This document shows, in pieces, positions 8,101 through 13,980 of a DNA stretch of 26,220 nucleotides. The notes under the pieces were generated by a model. The model did no database searches. It was not told the DNA's origin and saw only the letters and a program-made list of their open reading frames with translations. Source of the DNA: a virus (lineage: Duplodnaviria > Caudoviricetes); the IMG/VR virus record IMGVR_UViG_3300029930_000017, positions 1 through 26,220 of that record; one strand, written 5' to 3'. Position numbers and translations under genes: made by a program. Each line of letters begins with the position of its first letter. Positions within the stretch are counted from its first letter, which is position 1.

Positions 8101-10548
8101 AAGCTCCGCCGGTTTGGGTGCATTTGGGTCTAGTGATGTGCCGACCAAGAACGGATTGACCGCTGGCGCTGGGCGAGCGGCAGCTGCGGCAGCCTGCACT
8201 GCGGCCTGCTGGTCTGCAGCGACCTGCTGAGCAGCCTGCTGTCTGGCGGTGATCCACTGCTGGAACGCCTGCTGAGCAGCCTGACGCACGGCAAGCGCAT
8301 CCTTGCGGCTCTGTACGACCATCGGCTGGTAGCCCTGAAGCGCATTCAGGATGCGGTCGATGATGCGGTTCAGCGCGTCGAGGAAACCCTGAGCAGAAGC
8401 CTGATCGCCGGCAGCGTCGAAGACTTCCTGCCAGAAAGCAGGGTCTGTCGACTGCTCGCCGACCATCTCAGCGACCAGCTCAGAGTTGAACTCAGCATCA
8501 CTGGCAACTTCCTTGCGCAGCTGGTTCTGGAACTTCTTGCTGACCTTGGCCTTGGCGAGAGTTATCAGCTGCTGATAAAGCTGCGGGTACTGAGTCTCCA
8601 GAACGTGGGTCAGCTCGTGGCCCAGCGTGTTCAGGAAACTGTAGTTGTTGGCGTCGAGCAGGATGGCATTCGTGCCGGCAATGCGTGCGCCGTTGATGGC
8701 AACCAGCTCGCGGCCCTTGTTGGTCTTGACCTTGCCGCCCTTCGGCAGGCTGGCCCATACCACGTCCACCCCGAACGCATCCTTGATGACGGACGCAATC
8801 TTGGTGCGCACCGGGTCGACCGGCGCTTCGGGAATGACAACCTTCTCCCCTTCTGGGAGGCTAAACTTTTCCCCGATCTGGTCGCTCGCCAGCTGCATGA
8901 GGGGGCTGACGGGAGGCGTAGTAATCCCTGTCGGGACTCGATACACCGCCCCAGCTTGGACGCCGGACAGCCCGTTCTGTGTCGCCACACGGGTCGCCTC
9001 TGCCCTCTGGGCGACTTCTTCCGGGGGGATACCCAAGGACTGGGCTACCTTGGAAGTCAGCTGACGCGCCGTCTCCGTAAGCTCAGGCGTCTTTGCAGGA
9101 CGACGGTTCAGCTTGCCAAGGACATACAGCTCCTTGTCGGTGGCCGACTCGAAGGCGGCAAAGCGGGTGTCATCCGGCCCGAAAGTTTCGGTGACGGAAG
9201 TTTCTGCGGTCAGGCCTTCAGGCAATTGCGGTGCAGCAATAGCCTGCTCTGCGGCACGGGCGGCAGCTTCGGCATCGACTTCTGCCAGCTGCTGCTTGAG
9301 TTCTGCGGTCGAGATAACGCCCGCCCCCTCTGTCTCTGCGGGCGCAGCTGTTACTGGTGCAGCGGCAACAGCAGGGGCCGGGGCCGTAACTCCTTGATCC
9401 GTAACGGCAGGGGCAACAGCTGTTCCAACAGGTTCAACAGTCGGTGCTGCAGCTTGCGCGTCAGAAACAACAGTTGTGCTAGGCTGTGAAACAGTAGTTG
9501 TTTCGGCTGTGGCTGCGGGTTCTCCAACAGGTGCCACTGGGGTTGGCTGCGCTTCGGCAGTCGTAGGAGCTGGAGCAACAGGAGGCGGAGCAGCCGGCGG
9601 CGCGACTGGCGGCTCTTTCCTAAGAGCGGTAGCAACTTCTCGAACAGCCTGAGTGGTTGCGCCAAGTCCGCCTCCGACGATCATTCCCTCAAGAACATTC
9701 GCTGCAAGGTCGTTGACGTTCACGCCAGCCTTGGTTCCGGCTGTGCCACCAAGATATGCGGCGGCTTCTTCTACGCCCTCAGTTCCGGCCTGAACGCCAG
9801 TCTCTTGAAGGGTGCGAGGTATAGACAGGCCTTGGCCTTCAGGAAGTTTCTTGAAAATGCGCCCGGTAGCAAAGCGCTCGAACATGGTTTCGACAGCGGC
9901 AACACCAGCCGCAGTAGCAACGTCAGCGACCGTGGCCTCTTCAAGTGTCTTCTGATCGTTCTTGAGACGATCATTCAAAACTTCGTTTGTTCTAGCTGCG
10001 GCATAGACTGGCGTAGCAAGAGCTGCTGCAGCCATGTCAGGAACAGACGTTACAACTCTCTCAGCAATAAATGGAACAATTGTAAGAGGGTTGTCTCCAA
10101 TATCTTTTAGCTGAGTAGTTGGCGAGTATCCAATGCTTTTACCCCAGTAACGCAGCCCATCAGCCCACTGCTGAAGAGTTGGAGCGACTGCCTTAATCGC
10201 AATACCGATACCAGATATGCCCGGAGTGAATGAAGAGACTGGGGCAGCAACGCCTGCTCTCTTTGTCGCCTCAACAGCCTCTCCAGCAATGGTCGCGCCT
10301 CTGGCGGCAGCGCCAGCAAAAGGATTGAAAGTTGTTGGCTGCTCAGCAGCCACCTCTTCTGGGACAGGCTGAGTAGGAATAGCGGCGCGAGGAGCAGGCT
10401 TAAACAAGAAGCTTGTATCGACGCCAGTAGCTGTGCCAGTCATAAGCTGCTGGTCACGCTCTTCGGTCGCATCCTGTATTGCAGCGGCTCTTTTCTCAGG
10501 TTGAGAAGAACCCGGCTGCTTAAACAGGAAGGAAGTATCAATGGCCAT
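2107..10548 (-). CDS. large polyvalent protein / giant internal virion (ejection) protein: MPTase-like HExxH, HhH-like, GNAT-like, ART-PolyVal-like and LPD38-like domains
   Basis: 2813-aa ORF with GGAGG RBS, last gene of the virion operon. Motifs: LGHELTH; WYD..GPKIG.GFY.NL.G...VTIDMW; LDAFDTVLPELYADNGF; FWNWFGDSK.VD..G.PKVMYHGT...QLKSAVGN.GAF; VNFNRRG...YLFFNPAVQG...VPLPYGFG. Confidence 0.88.
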   Translation of the reverse strand: MAIDTSFLFKQPGSSQPEKRAAAIQDATEERDQQLMTGTATGVDTSFLFKPAPRAAIPTQPVPEEVAAEQPTTFNPFAGAAARGATIAGEAVEATKRAGVAAPVSSFTPGISGIGIAIKAVAPTLQQWADGLRYWGKSIGYSPTTQLKDIGDNPLTIVPFIAERVVTSVPDMAAAALATPVYAAARTNEVLNDRLKNDQKTLEEATVADVATAAGVAAVETMFERFATGRIFKKLPEGQGLSIPRTLQETGVQAGTEGVEEAAAYLGGTAGTKAGVNVNDLAANVLEGMIVGGGLGATTQAVREVATALRKEPPVAPPAAPPPVAPAPTTAEAQPTPVAPVGEPAATAETTTVSQPSTTVVSDAQAAAPTVEPVGTAVAPAVTDQGVTAPAPAVAAAPVTAAPAETEGAGVISTAELKQQLAEVDAEAAARAAEQAIAAPQLPEGLTAETSVTETFGPDDTRFAAFESATDKELYVLGKLNRRPAKTPELTETARQLTSKVAQSLGIPPEEVAQRAEATRVATQNGLSGVQAGAVYRVPTGITTPPVSPLMQLASDQIGEKFSLPEGEKVVIPEAPVDPVRTKIASVIKDAFGVDVVWASLPKGGKVKTNKGRELVAINGARIAGTNAILLDANNYSFLNTLGHELTHVLETQYPQLYQQLITLAKAKVSKKFQNQLRKEVASDAEFNSELVAEMVGEQSTDPAFWQEVFDAAGDQASAQGFLDALNRIIDRILNALQGYQPMVVQSRKDALAVRQAAQQAFQQWITARQQAAQQVAADQQAAVQAAAAAARPAPAVNPFLVGTSLDPNAPKPAELGPPKVPPSRQAQVNIGQKGRRFVTFAADLDKDLFELGAKLKKAAKTLSKSDRESADARLVRFMAVTGLPRAEMIDVAKNYRDAVVKAAGAVQEDGTYEAPATNIGERRAVEERKVEERREPQRERADEQVREVRQDREQPPVEQVEGAEAGGRDRAAEGRPQPEEVAEDEVIRDLPQFSRKRPAVDPEFAEQVVDDVGLTSEQAEATSLKYQTGKSGEDQFNTPAVGGLTNTVLEIERARREGTLGQLDLESEADRSTVAKMLAAEVVAAVRAGGGAKEWYDKTIRRTLAMASLKFPELATDKEAQTAFRLSVAITSQGLNVEDNLKFAMQVYGEYRKNGTFPLKGQGKNGGAMVSNFQLANSLMEKMGKERFSRFLETDFVASELNAIGFNIDELADEKILGSSVFGPKIGFGFYSNLSGNFEPVTIDMWFMRTIGRLIGKLRAFDAKLFASQRDKFRASFAVEGVNGIFINSRNMAGSRLFSADLVQNAATDDDAAVTLARLVTRAHERDFKVNRTAYDNKTRVKSSLVNNAANMLKSLDKPKDAPSSGSERRNLRDIVRQTVSIVENVVGERIPPASMQALVWYPEQELYKSFGVKLRVTSQDYAGAIRKILEKEGYSGRELSAAAESGSRRAQPVAVEPVEAEDVGAVREAEQPDAGERAGRQLTARERDRLLVSEVIKRYRQSSAAAQGSYKIRSAGDGRRIRVLGNDAKAEYKPVITFKNALGAVGKPAPTMYELDGGAALFRQAIQKSKNDGKFGAAVYVYDEADYANMRLFISEDGKSGFALKGNDIVSVFSGQKGSANAMLQLAVDQGGQRLDAFDTVLPELYADNGFKVVARVKWNDEYSPEGWDKATFAKYNNGEPDVVFMVYDPANASELGGKVIENYDDGVAAQEEAIGKKSIQFSRVRSETNADGKQIASTPEFIQNFWNWFGDSKLVDRRGRPKVMYHGTIPPVVGAEEFIDQGISVFRRGTGGAIFVSPDERVANTYAGPGGSVYPLYVRAENPFDFENPDHVKRVMDIWESNNVGIRETREQAIAKGKWQMIENVEIQDAIKLAGFDSYYVKETGAKNLALYDPSQLKSAVGNVGAFSPERPEIQFSRVRQGRKYWLPEFGRLQRLLRGVQNEVLATARAQKAVAAQGGVLTESTEIESAMHRMYGRAGNRLDRFRKDVVEPILNRASENNVDLADVELYLYANHAKEANRRIASINPQMQDGGSGMTNAEADQVMATLRQDMAQFVRIKSIADEIQNITKMTQTALVNGDIVSPADVAAWNATYNYYVPLKTFEQADDLGRVTGNGRFDLANAFSKRRLGRKSKAGAIVENILADYEEAVVAVERNNVRKAWLQFILANKDSELWQVNKPVMQRAFYKNPVEEVRYRLTIQKDAETLPVRVGGEVYHMVIKDPEILEELQMTSVLSQFPDTIKSILGGMNTFGRTLSKLWTVLSPPFVLINAARDVQTSLINTGIEQGLWSSAKLLATLPKAAYTVWRAERNNAWTGDLKQYYDMYRADGGKTGALDLRQIEDRHSELMSMYRNAQASIGKPLTYHRLTMRYLKGVENFMMDINGAIEGAARVAAYKVAMENGKSRIQATNIAKEITVNFNRRGKWTPVLSGMYLFFNPAVQGAKRTLSAVFSKRGAAVGTGLVTLGYFVAEMAASAVGDDEEPYWDKPSMRQTKLKNLVFFGPNGETYNVPLPYGFGFFVNLGYALRDLKNGADPFKVGAFMRDSASLHFSPLGSMDNMATFLSPTLIDPAMVLITGEKETGLPLMPEDFTGVTPDSERYWNNTRDTMFQNVTAWLYEATGGGAGGKMAIDVSPESVEYITSFLTGGAGTFVKDVIKTFDAMANTGTASATEQNLIPVLKAVHRQPDGRYDSSAFYENAKEAKEAARDFNAIMESEAEVSEEKIAYADSIAGMAALSRFADRQKRAISNLRQQDLDIQQDETLTREQKYEDRKAIAEQIRQVQVEFNVAFYAERRAIEAEEAKGQAEE

Positions 10549-10561
10549 CTAAGCCTCCGGG

Positions 10562-11776
10562 TTATTCAACTGAAGCGTCTTGGGTCGCATCCATCGCGGC
10601 TGATCTTGATCCAGCGCCTTTACCAAACTTGGCTCGCATTTGAGCCTGACCTGCATCAGACTCAATAAACTCGCGAACCTTATCTGACAAGAACTGCTGC
10701 TCAAACATGTTGTACAGATTCGCCTGACGAATGTTGACGCCCTGCTCCTTTGCCGCATTTCGCATTGCCTGAGCAAAAGCAGGATCTGTCCGCAGCGAAG
10801 AGACAAGAGACATTGCAAAGTCGACAGCCTGCGGCCCAGTCGCGCCAGATTCTCTCGCGCCGTCAACGGCATTGCGGAGAATTTCCTGACCCTGCGGCAT
10901 GATTGGAGCCTGAGTATCAGCCGGCCCCTTCATGCTGGAGTAAAGCTTTGGAAGATCCTTTGCCTTGATAACCTGAGATCCGGCATCAAGCGCACCAGCA
11001 CGGGCGCGATTTAGTCCAACTTGGCTTCGAGCGACATCAGTTTTGGCTTCAAGGTTTTCAAGTGTAGCTGTCGTGACCTTTTCTTCGCGCTTGCCCTTCT
11101 GTATTTTCTCGAAGGCATCAATGCCAAGAGCAGAGAAGATGTCACCAAGCGGACGCGAGAAGGACTGGCCGCCCATGCCGGTAGCCTCAATCTTCGCCGT
11201 GTTATCAACCAGAGATCCGGTGATCTTGATGCTGTCTGGAACGAGGTTGAGCTTCTTGGCCAAGAAGTTAAGCGATCGCTGATCGCGACCGTCAGTCATG
11301 AACAGGTTAAGCGCAGCATCCGACACGCCAGACTTGTCCAGATAATTCGCGTACTCAGCGGAGGCCTTCATGTCAGCAGGACTCATGAGTCCGTTGTTCA
11401 TGAGAATGCGCGTGTAACCTGAGTGATAACGCAGCTGGCGCTCACGGCCTTCAGGAGAGTTGTCGTAGATATCGTAGTACTTTTTTACTTTCTGCGTCGG
11501 GGCAGGCTGCCCCGGAGCAGCAGGCGCACCGCCCTGCATCGCAGCAGGAACAGGCTCATCAGCTTCGTATCCGAAGACGCTTTCCTGAAGCTGCTGGATT
11601 TCTCCAAGCGCCTTTTCCTGCTTGGCACGCTGCTCGCGCTTGTATTGCCGCTCCTCTTCTGTGGCAGCAAGCTGCGACATGCTGATGGCCTGCTGTCGGC
11701 GCTGCTCAGCTTTACGCAGGTTCACCTCTTGCTGACGCTGGAGACCCTGAACCAAACCTTCTGCGAAGCTTGCCAT
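10562..11776 (-). CDS. putative internal virion / ejection protein
   Basis: 404 aa, helical, Q/E/R-rich N-terminus (MASFAEGLVQGLQRQQ...). Lies between the MC-start protein and the giant protein, where podophages place ejection proteins. Confidence 0.6.
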   Translation of the reverse strand: MASFAEGLVQGLQRQQEVNLRKAEQRRQQAISMSQLAATEEERQYKREQRAKQEKALGEIQQLQESVFGYEADEPVPAAMQGGAPAAPGQPAPTQKVKKYYDIYDNSPEGRERQLRYHSGYTRILMNNGLMSPADMKASAEYANYLDKSGVSDAALNLFMTDGRDQRSLNFLAKKLNLVPDSIKITGSLVDNTAKIEATGMGGQSFSRPLGDIFSALGIDAFEKIQKGKREEKVTTATLENLEAKTDVARSQVGLNRARAGALDAGSQVIKAKDLPKLYSSMKGPADTQAPIMPQGQEILRNAVDGARESGATGPQAVDFAMSLVSSLRTDPAFAQAMRNAAKEQGVNIRQANLYNMFEQQFLSDKVREFIESDAGQAQMRAKFGKGAGSRSAAMDATQDASVE

Positions 11777-11778
11777 GA

Positions 11779-12855
11779 TTAACCCTTCCTCAGAGCTTTA
11801 CGCCGACGCCCTTTGCGTACGGGTGTGTGGTACTTCTGAACCATGTTGTCGAAGAACTCTTTGCCCTTCTCTCGTACGACATCGGCGGGGATGATGTACT
11901 CGCCATTGCTCAGCCGAATCGGAGTTCCGTCCGAAGTATTCAAAGCCTGAACGCTGTCCGACGTTCCCGTGCCGGGGCCAGAGATCTTTCCGCCTGAGCC
12001 GTACTCGTTCTTCCGGGCATTGCTGACTACGTCGTCTACCTTTCCGCCATCAGCGGCTCCGGGCATGAAGTAGCCAAGAGCCATGCCGCCAAGCTGACCA
12101 AGTGCGCCGGCCAGTCCGCTGTTGGCCTGACTGTAGGCGAGCTGGTTCTGGTAGCCCTGATTCAGAAGGTTGCCGGCACCTTGAATGCCGCCCATCTGAC
12201 CCTGAAGTCCACCCATTGCGCCTTGGAAGCCAGCATACATCGGAGCATTCTGCTGCTGCACAAGCGCACCCGTCGCGCCACCAGCCTGTATGCCAGTGCC
12301 GATCGCCGAAAGCTGCTGAGCAGGAAGGCCGCGCCCCATCGCTGCAGCGTTGTACCGCAGGCGAGTGGCGTACTCTTCGCCAGCAAGACGGCCTGCGGTC
12401 TTAGCGCCGGCAGTAGCGGCTGCACCACGAATCGCAAACTCGTTGTTGAGAGCGGCGAATCGAGCGGCATTCGGGTTCACACCCATGCGCGTCAGATTTC
12501 TAACCGCTGCGCTTCTCTGCTGAGCGAGCGACTGCTCAACGTCAGCAGCGGCACGGCCTGCGAAGACGTCACCGCGATCCATTGCAGAGGCACGCTGCGA
12601 CTCTTCGACCAGACTGTCTTCCAGTGCGCGGTACTTGAGGCGCTCCTTAGCGGCGTCCTTCGCCATCTCCATCGCAAGCTGCTGTCCCTGCAGGTTGGAG
12701 GATACGAGCTGCTGGTATAGCGGCATCGTTTCCTGATACCGCTGCTGACCGAAGGCAAGCTGCTGCTGGCCAAGTGCTGCCATTTTGTCACCGACCTCAC
12801 GCATCGCGTTTGCAAGCGGCGTGAAGTCCGGCGGCGGGGGCGCGTCACTGCACAT
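11779..12855 (-). CDS. putative internal virion / ejection (pilot) protein
   Basis: MCSDAPPPPD start and Gly/Ala/Gln-rich body with a GLAGALGQLGGMALG segment. C-terminal GPGTGTSDSV...LSNGEYIIPADVV motif is seen in tape-measure and ejection proteins. AGGAG RBS. Confidence 0.7.
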   Translation of the reverse strand: MCSDAPPPPDFTPLANAMREVGDKMAALGQQQLAFGQQRYQETMPLYQQLVSSNLQGQQLAMEMAKDAAKERLKYRALEDSLVEESQRASAMDRGDVFAGRAAADVEQSLAQQRSAAVRNLTRMGVNPNAARFAALNNEFAIRGAAATAGAKTAGRLAGEEYATRLRYNAAAMGRGLPAQQLSAIGTGIQAGGATGALVQQQNAPMYAGFQGAMGGLQGQMGGIQGAGNLLNQGYQNQLAYSQANSGLAGALGQLGGMALGYFMPGAADGGKVDDVVSNARKNEYGSGGKISGPGTGTSDSVQALNTSDGTPIRLSNGEYIIPADVVREKGKEFFDNMVQKYHTPVRKGRRRKALRKG

Positions 12856-12858
12856 GTG

Positions 12859-13452
12859 TTACTCCTGAAGAATCTTAGTTAATTGATTGCCAGTGTGATC
12901 GTAGCCAAGGTGTTGCAACAGCCTGCCAACCTCGTTGACTTCCTTGACTGTCACACGTATCTCCGTCACCCCCATGTTCAAGAGAACATCTTCAACGTAG
13001 CGGATGAGGCGAATCCCGAGCCGACCTTTGCGGTATTCGGGCAGAATGAAAATGGTGTCTTCCTCAGCAACCCACTTCTGGGTGTGAGTACTCTTCGACA
13101 AGTACATCATGCAGTTGCCAACCAGCCGGCCAGCAACTCGCACCGTGAACAGCATGAAGCGGCCCTGCGCCTCAGCGTTGCACATGTACTCGTAGTTAGG
13201 ATTAAGAGCGATGCCGTGTCGATATGATTCCGTCTCAGCCCAGTGCTGGGCGTGGACTGGCTTGATCTCGTCCAAGCAGTCCTTCAGGAACTCGACATTG
13301 ATAACTGCGTCCCCGTACTCTTCAGCAGGGATGTCCGCGATATTGATGTACTCATCGCTGTTACCGGATACCGATAACATGATGCCAAGGGCAAGCTCCT
13401 CAGTGAGGACGTTGCCTATGTTGCGCTCAAGGATCTGCCTCAGAATGTTCAC
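12859..13452 (-). CDS. GNAT family N-acetyltransferase
   Basis: AEEDTIFILPEYRKGRLGIRLIRYVE...LLQHLGY matches GNAT motifs A and B. GTG start is coupled by a GTGA overlap to the upstream gene. Confidence 0.88.
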   Translation of the reverse strand: MNILRQILERNIGNVLTEELALGIMLSVSGNSDEYINIADIPAEEYGDAVINVEFLKDCLDEIKPVHAQHWAETESYRHGIALNPNYEYMCNAEAQGRFMLFTVRVAGRLVGNCMMYLSKSTHTQKWVAEEDTIFILPEYRKGRLGIRLIRYVEDVLLNMGVTEIRVTVKEVNEVGRLLQHLGYDHTGNQLTKILQE

Positions 13453-13625
13453 GGCTGCTCACCAGACGGCGGCGGCTTAGGGTACTTCTCCTTCACTGCG
13501 GCAACCTTGCGAGCCATCTCCTCAAGGACAGCACCGCCCTTCCACAGCGCATCCAGCTGATCGCCTATCGGCGGGTACTCTGAGCGGCGCAGCTCTGCGT
13601 AGTCCTGCTTAACCCGGAACTTCAC
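13449..13625 (-). CDS. small tail-assembly-associated protein (58 aa, absent from ORF track)
   Basis: Manual translation gives MKFRVKQDYAELRRSEYPPIGDQLDALWKGGAVLEEMARKVAAVKEKYPKPPPSGEQP*. The R..EYP.IGDQLD.LW...VK.KYPK motif is common next to phage tail genes. GGAGG RBS, GTG start. Confidence 0.85.
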   Translation of the reverse strand: MKFRVKQDYAELRRSEYPPIGDQLDALWKGGAVLEEMARKVAAVKEKYPKPPPSGEQP

Positions 13626-13980
13626 AGCGAACCTCCAAGACTTTGTCTATGTGACGTATGTGCATCATAGTCACCACAATTGTCTGTGCGTACGAAACAT
13701 CGAAGTCTATAGACCCTTCGTTTACGACAGCAGAGTCTGCCCCGACGTAGACCTTGGTTCCGACAGGGACGCGCTCTATCCGGTTGTTCGTGACCGAAAC
13801 ACGGAATGGCGTGCGAGGCATCATCTTCCCCGCCTCGTGGTCATACCAAACCATGTTTGGGTTTATTTGGTCTTCGCTGTACACGACAGCAGCCTCGCCG
13901 CTGACAGCAGCTGAGTCAGGGGTTCCATCAAGAACGTACTTGCACCGACCGTCAGCATCAAAGACAGCCATGAAACTCAT
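13609..13980 (-). CDS. hypothetical tail-associated protein
   Basis: 123-aa beta-rich ORF, ATGA-coupled to the upstream tail gene. Confidence 0.72.
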   Translation of the reverse strand: MSFMAVFDADGRCKYVLDGTPDSAAVSGEAAVVYSEDQINPNMVWYDHEAGKMMPRTPFRVSVTNNRIERVPVGTKVYVGADSAVVNEGSIDFDVSYAQTIVVTMMHIRHIDKVLEVRCEVPG

